Positions 1-13,080 of a DNA stretch of 62,764 nucleotides are shown here, one piece after another. The DNA lies in NCBI GenBank assembly GCA_030324005.1, contig JARDVH010000031.1:35675575-35738338 (forward strand), written 5' to 3'. The position numbers were made by a program, and so were the translations under genes. The notes beneath the pieces are model-generated. The model did no database searches. It was not told where the DNA came from and worked only from the letters and a program-made list of their open reading frames with translations. How positions within the stretch are numbered: the first letter of the stretch is position 1; each line of letters begins with the position of its first letter. This DNA is from Negaprion brevirostris. Lineage: Eukaryota.

Positions 1-180
1 TCCACAAAGCTGCAAAAGTAGGTTCGTATGAGGTGGGTTACTGCACTGATCTATAGGGTCCAAACTTTGGGTCTTCAGTCACATATGAACCCTTAGACAA
101 ATACTCATGCAGAAATAACTGCTGACCCTCAATTTCATTTTTCCGTGTTGTGTTTGAATAAGATGGAGCATAAACAATTA

Positions 181-360
181 GGCTTTCCTCCAGGTGCTCT
201 GGTTTCCTCCCACAATCCAAAGATACATGGGTTAGGTGAATTGGCCATGCTAAATTGATCCTTAGTGTCACGGGTCCTAGCTAGGGTAAATGCATGGGGT
301 TNNNNNNNNNNCAGGCTCGATGGGCTGAATGGCCTCCTTCTGCACTGTTGGATTCTATGA
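181..360 (+). mobile_element. HE1-type (V-SINE) SINE, 3' part
   Basis: Core GGTTTCCTCCCACAATCCAAAGAT...TTGGCCATGCTAAATTG and tail GATGGGCTGAATGGCCTCCTTCTGCACTG...ATTCTATGA, shared with many copies in the window. Confidence 0.85.
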
Positions 361-1337
361 AACCAGTGCCTTGGCTGGAGGATCCTCCTCTCAAAGAGAG
401 TTTCTTCGAGTGAAGAGACCTATAGCTGCTGAGAAGGTCAAAGAGAAAAGGGGTAATTTTTAAGATGGCACTCTGGGGCTACACAGTTTCAGAATACATC
501 ATATTGTAAATTGATTTAGGCAAGCTGACTCAATGGAGGGAATTTAATGCCCTCTTCCAAGATGAATTTGGAAGCAGGGGCATTTAATTGGTTCAGTGAG
601 CAATGTGTGAGGACCCTGCTACCTTCCTGCCTCTGCCCTGATTGAGATTAATGATAAATAATAATATAATTAAGAAATACCCTGCTTAAGGGAATTGTCC
701 CACTGTTGCTGTATTCAACAAGCAGTGGGCATGGCAGTTACCACAAGGTGAGCCGGGAAACCAAACCCTGGAGGGGATGGGCGGTGTGGGGGATAATGAC
801 CTTGTCAGATACTCAGTGCCTGTTCAAGAGATCTTGCATTGGGAAGGGGTGACCCTCTGAAAGCCAACTCCCTGTCCTGCCTCTGGATCTGTACCCACCC
901 CAGCCCCTGACCCATCCTAATTCACCCACCTGTTGTTTGGATCCATCTTTGGCCCAGGACATCCAGCAGGTGCATTACCAACAGCTTACTGTTCTCTCAC
1001 TTCCAAACACTGCTGAAATCTTCAAAGATTCAATTGTAGAAAAGAACAAATGGGGGAGTGAGTTCTGTCAAAACAGAAAATTAAAAGCAGTGAAGCAGGG
1101 TACTTCAGAAACTTTTGTAAATGCCCTAATTCTGATTGGTGATCTGAGATAGACAGTCATCTGCTGCATCAGAGACCAGGTCCAGGGTGTTTTAATTCTC
1201 ATGCTTTGTTTATACAGTTTTCCAACTGATTGCTATAATACCTGTTCACTGACCAGAACAATCACTGCTTGTCAGTCAGAGGAAGTGCAATTATTAAAGT
1301 GTGCCTGCTTTTCCTTCTGGTTCCTGAGCAGAGCAGC

Positions 1338-1645
1338 TGGGCATGGGATGGAGTATTTCTGCCCCATCAGTGGTGGGCACCATCGTGGGTGGGACAGGAA
1401 AATTTGGAGAGTGGCCAGAAGTGACTTTCCCTGAAGGAATGAAGCCCCATATTCTGTGAGCCTCTGTAGGGCTCCTGTTAGAAGTTGTGAGGAGAAGAGG
1501 GAGGTATTTTACACTACCACTGGGAGGAACCTGTTAAGCTTGGATGGAGGGTGGAGAGGTGGCCAGCTCCAGGAATATCATCCGAGGTCCTGACTTTAAT
1601 GTCAGCAATAGTTCAACCACGTTTGAGTAGCAGAGGTGAGTACAG
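1338..1645 (+). mobile_element. Harbinger-type remnant: terminus plus decayed Myb/SANT-like exon
   Basis: Frameshifted peptide pieces LEVVRRR..AWME..SSRNIIR..CQQ*FNHV ending in a GAG|GTGAGT donor; resembles the remnant at 35000-35420. Confidence 0.45.
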
Positions 1646-2075
1646 CTTTGCATTCCTTATTTCTCTCAGTAACAGCTATTAACAGTCCTTTCCATTTCTT
1701 CCCCAGCACTCTGATCTCTTCCCTCACTTCCATCACAATACAATACAATAACATATCCCCATCTTATTCCAAACACACACTAGCCTCTCCTTTCATCATA
1801 GCCACTAACAGCATTCTCTTCTCACTTGAACAGCATCTCCCAGGACTCCTTCCTTGCTTCACACTACTGACCTTTTCTCACCAATTGACACCTCCTTATC
1901 CTGAGTGTCTTTTGCTTCTTGTCCCTCTCAACATATATTCAACAAGCAGATGCTTCATACATCTTCTACGAGAAGATACTGACGCACTAACTCTTTCCCT
2001 GTGTAAGTCAAGAGACAGTAAGAAGTCTCACAACCCACCAGGTTAAAGTCCAATAGGTTTATTTGGCAGCAAAAG

Positions 2076-2117
2076 CCACAAGCTTTCAGAGCGCTGGCTG
2101 CCCCTTTGTCAGGTGAG
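2076..2117 (-). ncRNA. minimal type I hammerhead ribozyme motif (degenerate, G8>A)
   Basis: Minus strand CTCAC-CTGACAA-A-GGGGC..GCTCT-GAAAGCTT-GTGG. Confidence 0.65.
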
Positions 2118-2130
2118 GACAAAGGGAGGA

Positions 2131-2172
2131 CTCACCTGACGAAGGAGCAGCCAGCGTTCCGAAAACTTGCGG
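2131..2172 (+). ncRNA. minimal type I hammerhead ribozyme motif
   Basis: CTCAC-CTGACGA-A-GGAGC..GTTCC-GAAAACTT-GCGG; core intact, stem III palindrome (AACT) and stem I mutated. Confidence 0.7.
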
Positions 2173-3726
2173 CTTTTGCTGCCAAATAAACCAGTTGGAC
2201 TTTTACCTGGTGTTATGAGATTTCTTACTGTGTTTACCCCAGTCCAACACTGAATCCCCACATCATAAGTCAAGAGAGTCAAATTATCAAGGAGAGAAGC
2301 AAGACCAGCATTGGGGGAGGGTAGCGAGTGGAGATAGCAGGGAGTGAGGTGGTGATGGGGAAGGGGAAGCTCACATCACCATGTCATCAAAGCTGAAACC
2401 CAATCTTGGAGCTCAATGATCCAGCCAGAACTGTGTACAGTATTTATTTCAAGGGCCAGAGATTTTTCTGAACGAGCTAAGTACACCTTCATTAAGCACA
2501 ACTGACATAATTTCATACAGGATACTGGTGCAAGTGCACAGTGGGACCGTAGGTACAGATTCACACAGTTCTTAAAATTTCTGCTCATGCTGCACTACTC
2601 CACTTAGTGCATTATAATTAAGGTATGTATGTAGGGCCCCTTAATGGGTATTTGAAATGTTTCTAAGAGGAAGTTGAGTTGCAATAGCATATCTCTACAT
2701 GCACCTAATCAAACAGGTAAATGCTCATTGTTGGATTATATTACTCCTCTACATTTCTGAGTACTGGTATCAGTATAACATTTGCACTGGCAGCTCATGT
2801 TGGTCTTATGTTTTGATACTCTCATCAAGGTTAAATGGAAGTAGCTTTTATTTTGAAATACATTCATTGCTTGTACATGAGTAGTTTAATGTCAATGTTT
2901 TTAGTAAAAGCAAAATACCAGAGCTGACATCCCATGTGAGCGACCAGTCAGATCCCACTTTAATACAATAGTTAACTGATGTGGAAATCCTCAGTCAGAA
3001 TTGCAAATGTAAGACTTCATAGCAATCTGTTCTTTTATTAACATGATAAGAATAACAAAATGAGTATACACTGATGGATTATAGTGTTGGATTTTTCATC
3101 ATTTATCCCATACGATGCAAATTTGGTGCTTGGCTGATCACAGCCCTCCATTTTGCCTGCCAAATTTCTTCCACTACCAACAAGACTCTTAACAAAGATC
3201 CTTAACAAAGTTCTCTAACAAAGATAATTAACTTGTGTTACCACGGTTACTAGAAAGCGAGCACTAAACATTTACAACAGCCATTGAGCATAATGAACCT
3301 CAGCGCTCAAGGACAACATTTAATGTACCACCTAGCATCATAAATTGCAAACTTTTTAATATTTTCTTTCTTGCTGTTGCACTATTCTAAGAACACCCCT
3401 TTGACCTTGACAATAGTTCTGACTATAGTTGCTGTGTGGCCCAGACAGATCAGGGAAAAGGACGGAAAATAGGATTACATTCACAGCAAAGATATATAAG
3501 GAACTTAAAATTTAGTTCAAAAGGTGGTAGCGAGTTTTCTCATTTATCTCAGAGTAAGTTTAACTCTAATGCATGCACAAGATATCTTTTGTTGATTTAA
3601 CTCTTGCCATTCTTTTCCTCCTGAAAGTGAATCGAACTCTGATTCTTTATCATGTATGTTTAAGCTTCTTTAGAGTTCAGAGGGTAAATAATTTCAGTGA
3701 CTGGAATTTCTAGTGAAGCGAGATAC

Positions 3727-3933
3727 CTGCATTTCACCCAAATCTAAATCCTTATTAAATTCTGGTAGCTGATTTTCTTTGAAACTATTCTTTGAAATTT
3801 GCAAACCACGGGAACTTGTCCCTAAGAGGCTCAGAGAGTTGGAATTTTCAGTGTTTTCCAGGATAAAATTGGAAGGCATTTTTCTTGAGGTATGTCATGA
3901 ATCACTTCAGTTACACAGTAGCACTTTCAAAAT
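3727..3933 (-). other. candidate exon with a possible start codon (51 codons, MPSNF...GEMQ)
   Basis: Acceptor GTTTTTGATTCTCTCAG, ATG at 3879, donor CAG|GTATCT in phase 0; no recognisable homology. Confidence 0.2.
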
Positions 3934-4648
3934 CTGAGAGAATCAAAAACGTCTCAGAGTAATGAAATAGCCCAAAGAAAGAAAGTTAACTGTTCCAGAT
4001 TTAAGGAGAGGAAAACTGCATTTAATATCCTTGGGGATATTACACTATAGAACTAATGTTTTTAAAGATTATCTTCTACTTTTCAATATTCATGAAGATT
4101 ATAGTTCTAATTTTGACCCCTTCCACTTGATGAGAGTGGGATTTGTGAAGGGTTGAATTAGCAGCAGTATGGCTCTTACTGCCTTCTCAGTAATCTCACA
4201 CCACCTGCCATTTTAGAAGATTTTTGTTTTAGTCAGTGTCTGAGGCTCTAGCCATAGGCAGGAAAGGGTTTCACTGAAGTTCGAGTTAGGAGTCTAATAT
4301 AATGCAGACTCCATTTAGTACATTTATTTCCTGTGACATGTTGGCACTTGGTGCTAAGGATACTAGGCCCCAAGGAACAATTGACTCAGAAGAGGCAGGC
4401 TTTAAAATAAATTATTTTCTCCCTGGATCCCAGAAGGAAACCTTGGACGTCCCCTGACCTAAGCTTTCCCTCTCTCGGACCACATTCCTGCCCAGAATTT
4501 CCCCTTCCAGCTTATTGCACAATTCACTTACCTAACTAACTACAGTGATCTGTTCCTGCAGGTACCTAGTGATGGCATTTGCCCTTCTCCTGTGTACCTG
4601 CAGTGTTTGGGTGAGAGCTGGAATGAGGAGTCTGTGTTGCTGAGAGCT

Positions 4649-4673
4649 GGGGGGGGGGGGGGGGGGGGGGGGG
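4649..4673 (+). repeat. G25 homopolymer
   Basis: 25 consecutive G. Confidence 0.9.
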
Positions 4674-5833
4674 CGTGGGGGGTTTAATGGTCCAGCAAGA
4701 AGGGGTAAACTTACTGCTTGCTCCTCCGGCCTGTGCTGACTTGTTATGCAAAGATAATATCAGGGTTCAAGAGCTGGGATGACATAACAAGAAGTCTTGC
4801 ATTTTATAAAATTATTTTTACACCCTCTGGTTGATGGTGGGATCACCTATTTAAGGAGAAACAGCACTCTTGCATTTTGATTTTATCAACATAAAATTTA
4901 TGTTGTAATTTTCTCTAACTAGCCTGTACACCAATGTAATGTTCTTCCCTTTATGTGCTCCTGACCTGTAAAAGTTTGCTTTGGCACAATGTGTTTCATT
5001 CTGTATTAATTATCTTGGTAATTTTCAGATGCACATCATTGATTTAATCATTTGGATACTCAGTGCAGGGAGAAATCTTGATGTTAAAAAAGCTGTTAAT
5101 TATAAAGCCATTCTTATCCATGTTCATTGATCCCAACCATGCTATAGAACTGTCCAAGAAAGTTGCTTTGTGTACTTGATGCAGCAAAATTATACAGTGC
5201 TTGTATATGTTTATTGTAATAACAATTGTAATGAAAATCTATTACCCCTGTATGAAGTCTATGATTACATAGACTTCATGTAATTTTGGGTTATTGTAAA
5301 CTAAACCATAAGGTGGGGAACTGACAGGATCACTTTGACCACTGTGTTACTTCAGTGGAAAATAAAATCTGTCAGGTTGGATTTTGTATGTTTTCTGTCT
5401 GCGCAGTACATTTAAAATACCCTCGTTATTTCATAATGTAGGCAGAATTTTCCTAAGTTGGTAAGTGCAGTGGCTGGCAGGGGGAAAAAGAATTTGATGG
5501 GAAATGAGTTTCATGCTGCCGGAGAATGATGGCTGGGATTTTTCAGTACTGCCTGCTATTGCAGATTACTATTCCTGCTGGACACCAGTGGGAAACCAGT
5601 TCTAGGGACTTGCCCATAGGTTCAGATATACTTACAGGGATTTGGATTTGGATCCTTGAGATGTAGGCAGAATATATCCTGTTGGCTGGCAAGAATATAT
5701 TATGGGAGGAGATAAACAAGGTTCGGAGAGAACTGTTCAGGTGGTGGTGCAATGCATTGGTCTCTGGGGGTGCTGGTGTTCAGGTTTGAAGGGGCTTGAG
5801 GGCTGTTTAAGTGTGATGAACCAGGGTTGGATA

Positions 5834-6045
5834 ACCAGGTGTGAAATGGCATTGAGGTTTATCTAGTTGTGAAATGGCGGGGGGATGCTGTCCAGGAGTG
5901 AAAGGGCATAGAAAGTGTCCAGGTGTGAAAGAGCATGGGGGTATCCAGGTGTAAATGAGTATGGGAGTATCAAGGTGGGAAGGGGCTTGGGGGTGTTTCC
6001 AGGTGTAAAGAGATATCCGGGGGATGTCCAGGTGTGACAGGGCTC
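5834..6045 (+). repeat. minisatellite, ~8 copies of a 26-29 bp unit
   Basis: Unit ~CCAGGTGTGAAAGGGCATGGGGGTGT, diverged, no unique spacers. Confidence 0.85.
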
Positions 6046-6134
6046 ACAGAGAATGGTCAGTGGAGTCAACTGTTAACCCCTGAGGAATGGTCTCAGGATG
6101 GGCATGGTATGAGGAAATGATGAGGGTTACAGGT

Positions 6135-6636
6135 AGCAGAGGAAATTTGGCATGTCCGCCAAGACTCACATCACCATAGAAGGCATTCTTTCTGGTTGTA
6201 TCACAGCTTGGTATGGCTCCTGCTCTGTCCAGGACTGCAAGAAACTTCAAAAGATCGCGAACGAAGCCCAGTCCATCGCACAAACCAGCCTCTCATCCAT
6301 TGAGTCTGTCCACATTCCCCACTGCTTCGGAAAAGCAACCAGCTTAATTAATGACCTCACATACCCCGGACATATTCTCTTCCACCTTTTTCAGTCGGGA
6401 AAAGATACGAAAGTCTGGGAACACGTACCAACTGACTTAAGAACAGTGTGTTCCCTGCTGCCATTCAGACCTACCTCGTATTAAGTTGATTTTTCTCTAC
6501 ACCCTAGCTATGACTGTAACATGACTTTTGGCACTCTCTCCTTTCCTTCTCTATGTACAGTATACTTTGTATAGTGCGCAAAGAACAATACTTTTTACTG
6601 TATACTAATACATGTAACAATAATAAATCAAATCAA
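6135..6636 (+). mobile_element. Rex1/Babar-type LINE 3' fragment
   Basis: RKFGMSAKT..TIEGILSGCITAWYGSCSVQDCKKLQ peptide and ACAATAATAAATCAAATCAA tail. Confidence 0.85.
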
Positions 6637-8924
6637 GAGGGCACAGTGGTGCAACATGAAGGTACAGCAACATCCATTGGTGGGGACATGTAAATAAATA
6701 TACAGACTCAGTAAACTCCAGCAAGTCACAAGTCAGCACAACCACAGTCAAAAGCAAACCGGATAACTCCTTTTTGCTAACCTGATTGAACCAAAAATCT
6801 CCAAACCAACTCCTCAACTGCCAAAGTCAGCATTACCAGAATCACTCAAATTAATGGCTGCAACATTTCGCCATCATCTCCTCATGGCAAGATAAAGGCT
6901 GATTTGTATATCTTTTCTAACTTTAATTTTTGGACTGATCTGTGTGTAGGTGCATTGCATTTTATTATTATTTTCCTCGTGTTTTAGTAACTACTAAACT
7001 CAGTCTTTAATTCGAGGACGCCTGGTTAAATTGGTTCCTTTTAGAACATAACTATATTTGGACTGGGAAATGAAAGCCACGAGGGAAGAGATCCTTTCTA
7101 AATTAACCTAGTTGCGACCAACTAAGAGGATTAAATAAAGAGGGGAAGTGGTTCATTCCTCCTCACTGGGGAGCATGATAATTTGGGGATACCTCAGCTG
7201 CAAGCATATAAAAATGGGTTCCTTACTGGGGGACCAGTTGTAACAATATCCTAATTCTTGTATTCATTTAACAATATGCTCAGTTATAAACAATAGGATG
7301 AAAGATTTGTTTCCTAATTGAAAATAGTCCATTCGTAACATAGCCACTTAAGTGTGGTAGCTGCCTGCTCTCACATCAGGCATAATATATTTCAACTCAT
7401 GTTCTCCAACATGAGTTGTCAATGTCAGAATTGAATTTGGTGCTTGCAAATGGTGTTTTCAGTACTGTGATGAATGACGTATTTCAGTTAATGATTTGTG
7501 AACAGTGCTTAGTGTTGATTGTTGGTCCTTTTGCGTTGATCATAACAAATGGGTGGATGCCGTAAGGGAGTGTTTGCTTTCCAACATGACCATCATGTTT
7601 CATCAACTCTTTATCTCATGGTTGTGGTAGTCTGGCTCTGAATTTGATGTTTCTCTGCATTTACGCTCATTTGATCCTTCAATTCTCTATTACATTTATG
7701 CACATGTTGATTATTAGCTCTGTGGGGTATCTCAAGATGTGTGCACATGGGATATGCAATGATGAGTATAGCTAAAGGCTTTCCAGTAGTCGAGTGAGAA
7801 TGGCTCTGTATCTGTGAAGAAAGTGATTCAACTCTTGTTTCCATGACTTGTTTTCAAATATACATCACTTTATTCAAGGTATGCATAAATCTCTTAATTT
7901 CTGCATTAGCTTTTGGGATATGATTTTTTTGGTGAGTTAAGCCTAGGTGGTTCACAAATTTACTGAACTCATTACTGTTAAATGGTGATCCATTGTAATT
8001 TCTCACCCTTTGAGAAATTCCAACAAGGCGAAAATCTGGCCAAATCCTGGGATGATGACTGCTTTTGTTGAAGTGACGCAACTATTTCTATGACTGGGAA
8101 TTTGTTGTAGTCATTGGTGACAACAAGCAGGTGTCCATTAGTAAGTAAGTCTGTGAAATTAAGAGTAACCCAGATCCTTGGTCCTGGAGTATTCAGATAT
8201 TTTGAAAGGATCATGAAAATTTCACGCAATGGTTGCTTGGTATGTCAGACACTGGCTAATTTTAGACTGTCACATGTAATCAATTCCTGGGAATTATACC
8301 TTTTTCCTAAGGAGTTGTTTGGCTTTGACACTTCCTTGGTTACCTTCATGTACTGCATCAACAACACATTCTCCATGATTGCAGAGTGACAGTGCAGTTC
8401 TGTAACATGGGTTCAGAAGTGGTCGTAAAAGTGAGCTCATTTCAAACATTATGAAGACCTTGTAAGATGTGAACGATTTCATTTCAGTCACCTCTTTTCA
8501 GTTTTGTGATTCCATAGCAATCTTACATAGTTGCAACACCTCATCTTGTTTCATTGCTGCTTTCATGCCAACTAGTTTTAATGACATTGGTATAATATTT
8601 GGGTTTACATTGTTTGGCAATCTTTTCCTCATGACTAATAGGACTGACTGTTGGCAATGAATGTCACAAAAGAAAATGAGTTTCCTGGCTGATACTTTAC
8701 ATAGAACTGTACTCTCATAGTTTGAGTATCCAGTGCTCTATTCAAGTAGATGGTTTGCTACGTGGACAGTTAGGCAAGCTTGCTAGTGGTCAATGATAGG
8801 TTATAACCTCAAATTATCTTCTCTACATGTGGAGATGAAAATGTAAGATACCCCATGTGACTGAGAGCGCTTTTCTCTCTGTTTATGAGTAACATTGCTC
8901 CATGGCTGTTATCGATTAGCATGT

Positions 8925-9582
8925 TAGTAGTGTGGTGAACAAAGCATGTGGGACACTTGCCTTTATCAATCGAGGCATAGAGTATAAAAGCAGGGAAGTC
9001 ATGTTGAAGTTGTATAGAACTTTGGTGAAACCATAGTGGGAGTACTGTGTGCAATTCTGGTTATCACATTACGGGAAAAATGTGATTGCACTGGAGGGAG
9101 TACAGAGGAGATTTACCAGGATGCTGCCTGGAATGGAAAGTTATGAAGAGAGGTTACGTAGGCTTGGGTTGTTTTCATTGGAGCAGGGAAGACTGAGGGC
9201 AACCTGATCGAGTTATACAAGATTACGAGAGACACGGGCAGATGGATAACGAGCACCTGTTCCCCTTAGTTGAAGGGTCAATGACATGGGGACATAGGGT
9301 CAAGGTGAGGGGCAGAAGATTTAGGAAAGATGTGAGGAAAAACTTTTTTACCCAGAGAGTGGTGATGGTCTGGAATGCACTGCCTGGGAGGGTGCTAGAG
9401 GCAAGTTGCCTCACATCCTTTAAAAGGTATCTGGATGAGCACTTGGTTCATCATAACATACAGGGTTAGGGGCCAAGTGTTGGCAGATGGGATTAGATGG
9501 CAGTTCAGGTGTTTCTAATGTGTCGGTGCAGAATTAATGGGCCGAAGGGCCTTTTCTGCGCAGTATGATTCTCTGATTCTAT
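8925..9582 (+). mobile_element. CR1 (HER1-like) LINE 3' fragment inserted in the Gypsy element
   Basis: GIEYKSREVMLKLYRTLV..., RKNFFTQRVVMVWNALP, tail GGGCCGAAGGGCC..GATTCTCTGATTCTATG. Confidence 0.9.
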
Positions 9583-10214
9583 GTTGTAGGATCTGTAGCA
9601 TTTGCAGTGGTTTCGACTTTCCATGGATCAGGTGATACTCCTTCACTAATGGCTGACGAATTTGATTCTGTTTTTTGTTAAAGAAGCCTTCTTTCTTCAA
9701 GATGAAGTTCCATTCTCTAAGACGTAGGCCTGCATGTGGGGCAGCAGGGGCAGCAATTCATTGGGGAGGGAATCGAGTTGGTGATAGGCAAGAGGGAAAT
9801 CGGATGTGGTGATCATTTAGTGGGGGTCACAAACGGCAGGGTAATAGGAAATTGGGGGTGCAATGTCTGCAGGGGATGGGGAGAGTGATGGATTCCCAGT
9901 GCACTGTGTACACTTTACATAGTACACTGGGAATCTATCACTCTCCCCATAGCGCCCTCTGGCAATCAGCAGCCAGCTTCCCAGTGTGAATAGACTCTGT
10001 CCCCTCCCCCCATGGGCAGGAATCACACACTGCTTCATTTTCTTCCCAAATACCATAAGATTGAAGCTGGGAGCTCGCCCAAAAAGTGGTGTCATTCTGT
10101 CCTGTTTTTAAGTTCATTCGGCACTTTGAATTTTTTTGGTACGATCACTCCTATTGAGCTCCCCAAAAGCTTTACAGTGTTGGCTAGCAGCAGGACACTT
10201 TGTCCTGTACTGAT

Positions 10215-10371
10215 AAATGGGAACACCACTACGTGCAAGTTCCCCTCCAAGCCACTCATCATCCTGACTTGAAAATATATTGCTATTCCTTCACAGCCGC
10301 AGGGTCAAAATCCTGGCATTCCCTCTTCAACTGCATCGTGGGTTAACCCCCGACCATGGCCTGCAGAGATT
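10215..10371 (+). mobile_element. L2/CR1-group LINE fragment
   Basis: Inverted copy of ~11031-11190. Confidence 0.75.
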
Positions 10372-10930
10372 CTGGTATGAAAGTTGAAAACAATATTTCC
10401 ATTGCCACAGTTCAAATATTGTTTGGATACATTGCAACTCTGTGAGACTGCTGTTATTGCTTTGCAGGTGGTTTCCTGGCACTTGAGTGATGAACAATAT
10501 TTACTGGAGTAGAACTTGGACTGTAGTTTTTGGCAGCTTCAACTTCAGTAGCTGTGGACTTGGAAATTGAATGTGACCTTGCTAGCTCCATCAGCTCTGA
10601 CAGCTTTCTGTCATCCTTGACTGCTTTGTGGTTTAATTGAGTGAAAAAACAACCTTCAGTGATTTCCCTTTTGACTTGCTCCAGATTACCAAACTCAAAT
10701 TTGGTTGCTGGTTCCTCAAGCTGTGCAATACTGATCAGCGGTCTTGTTAGTTTCTTGCTTCATGCATCTGAAGATAATTTTCTCACATATTGTATTCTTC
10801 TTGGGCACGATTATGAACATTGATGTCTTTGTAGCTTAATTGTAATCTTTTTTTCCTTTTATTCTCCATGAAGGAAAAGCCACTCCTTGCCTGTTCAAAA
10901 TGTCGTAGCCATTTTTGCTAGTGTAGGACC

Positions 10931-11527
10931 TTTTTTAATTCATTCGTGGGACATGGGTGTCACTGGTTGGCCAGCATTTATTGCCCTTCCCGAATTGCCC
11001 TTGAGAAGGTGGTGGTGAGCTGCCTTCTTGAATCGCTGCAGGCCATGTTCTGTGGGTTAACCCACAATGCTGTTGAGGAGGGAATTCCAGGATTTCGATA
11101 CAGCGACTGCGGAGGAATGGCTATATATTTTCAAGTCGGGATGATGAATGGCTTGGAGGGGAGCTTGCAGGTGGTGATGTTCCCATTTATCTGCTGCCCT
11201 TGTCTTTCTAGGTGGAAGTGATCTTGAGTTTGGAAGGTGCTGTCTAAGGATCTTTGGTGAATTGCTGCAAGGCATCTTTAGATTGTACACACTTGCTACT
11301 GAGCTTCGGTGGTGGAGGGATTGAATGTTTGTAGATGTGGTGCCAATCAAGCCAGCTGCTTTGTTCTGGATGACATTGAGCTTCTTGAGTATTGTTGGAG
11401 CTGTGCCCATCCAGGGAAGTGGGGAGTATTCCATCACACCCCTGACTTCTGCTTTGTAGATGGTGGATAGGCTCTAGGTAGTCAGGAGGTGAGTTACTTG
11501 CTGCAGTATTCCTAGCCTCTGACCTGT
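10931..11527 (-). mobile_element. L2/CR1-group LINE 3' end
   Basis: MEYSPLPWMGTAPTILKKLNVIQNKAAGLIG; tail GGGCAATAAATGCTGGCC..CCCACGAATGAATTAAAAAA. Confidence 0.85.
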
Positions 11528-12171
11528 AGAGAATAGTTCCAAATGTGCTGAAAAAGGTGATACACACTGTCATTTTCATCAGCAACAATAATGAGAATTG
11601 CCTGGAAAGCTTTCCTCCTTGTTTGATCTGAGCTGGGTGTTAATGCATTTGGAACAGTTTTTCGAAGTATGCAACTTAAAATGTTGTTTTCTCTGCAGAA
11701 AGTAGACAAAACCCTCCCAAAGGATTCATGCCTTCTTATTTTGCATTGTCTTCATCATCAGTGTGAGGTTCTTAGAAAATTTGCAGAGATGGCCAGAATT
11801 ATAAGTGCACGAGCAACTTATCTCTTTTTGTAAAAACAGCTTCTTCACACACTTTCTGCTTTTCAGACTCCCTCTGCTGGTACAGTTTGGCCTGGTAGCT
11901 TCAAGTGAACAGTATACACATTTTGTAATTTCAAAATACTAATAGACGACAATAACTTTACATGCCAGTGATCTGATGGGTGCCAGCTAGCAAGAAGCTA
12001 CCATACAATGTGGAGGCACGTTGTGCTATTTTGAGGTAGGCTTTTAGTCACCAAGCCTACTGTCTCTTTATATGGCACTTATGTTTTAAAGTGTCAGTTT
12101 TGGTCTTTTAGCTCTCCCGTGAAGGACCTTCAGCTGGTTTACTATATTAAGGACATTATATGAAAAGGCAA

Positions 12172-12357
12172 AAACACCTTGCAATTTTCTGTGGCCTATC
12201 ATAACCTCAGGAAGCTCCAAAATACTTTAAAGACACTTAGGTACTTTTCAATTGTAATCATTGTTGTAATGTAGGAAAATAGGAAAAGTGGCAGCCAATT
12301 TGCACATGAAAACTTCCACAAGAAGCAGTGATAATCTTCAGATTATCTGTTTATTTT
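12172..12357 (-). mobile_element. Deu-SINE (SacSINE1-like) 3' fragment
   Basis: GTTGTAATGTAGGAAA..GTGGCAGCCAATTTGCACA block, also seen at ~58385-58430 and inverted at ~20755-20870. Confidence 0.55.
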
Positions 12358-12798
12358 AAGGATACATAGAAAATACAAATGCCATTCAGCCCAGTCTATC
12401 TATGCCAGTAGAAAAATAGCCACCCAGCCTAATTCCATTCTTCACAACTTTCTTCATGGCCCTTTAGGTTACAGTTCTTTGAATAGATATCCATGTACTT
12501 TTAAAATTTGATAGGTGCTTTTGCCTCTATACTGTTTCAGACAATGAATTGCAAACCCCCACTGTGAGCTGGGTTAAAAATTTTCTTCTCCAATCTGTCT
12601 AATATCAACATTATAACACAGTTTTCATTTCCTTGCTGGTAAAATGATCATTTACCATTGTTTACCTGCTCAAGTTCTAACGTAATACACTCATAGCATA
12701 GTGATAATATTACTGGATGAGTAATTCAGAGGCCTGGACTGATGTTCTGGATTAACTACCATGGTAGCTGGGGGAGAGTTTAAATAGGGCAGCATGGT

Positions 12799-13076
12799 TT
12801 ATTTATTTATTTATTTATTCATATTCATGTCATAAGTAGGGTTACATTAACACTGCAATGAAGTTACTGTGAAAATCTCCTAGCCTCCACACTCCGGTGC
12901 CTGTTCAGGTACACTGAGGGAGAATTTAGCAAAACCAATGCACCTAAACCAGCGCATCTTTCAGAATGTGGGAGGAAACTACAACACTCAGAGGAAACCC
13001 GCGCAGACACGGGGAGAACATACAGACTCTGCACAGACAGTGCCCCAGCCAGGCACTGTGCCCTGGCACTGTGAGA
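12799..13076 (-). mobile_element. V-SINE with a different tail ending in (TAAA)n
   Basis: Reverse-complement V core (GTGGGAGGAAAC..GAGGAAACCCGCGCAGACACGGGGAGAAC) plus (TTTA)n end. Confidence 0.8.
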
Positions 13077-13080
13077 CACT

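Larger units (their letters stand above)
2016..2265. mobile_element. Penelope-like mini-element: inverted pair of 3' terminal repeats with 12-bp TSD
   Basis: Arms 2016-2117 and 2131-2230 are imperfect reverse complements around a 13-nt loop; TAAGTCAAGAGA flanks both sides (2004-2015, 2266-2277); same family as 46280-46648 and 62150-62358. Confidence 0.85.
7440..11880 (-). mobile_element. decayed Gypsy/Ty3 LTR retrotransposon internal region, interrupted by later insertions
   Basis: Integrase-like GHLLVVTNDYNKFPVIEIV, YNGSPFNSNEF, KANAEIKRFMHTLNK (7850-8230); RNase H-like TAMEQCYS*TERKALSVTWG (~8850-8910); RT-end ISEGVSPDPWKVE (~9610-9650); gag/protease side beyond 10000 is less certain. Confidence 0.75.

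Noticed and set aside
4649-4673. G-quadruplex-forming poly-G as a functional element
   Set aside because: A homopolymer in a draft assembly; its length is unreliable and there is no other support
5834-6045. Possible CRISPR array
   Set aside because: Units are contiguous and diverged with no unique spacers; no cas genes; vertebrate context
6900-7245. Possible solo LTR ending TGTAACA
   Set aside because: No partner LTR or TSD identified in the window
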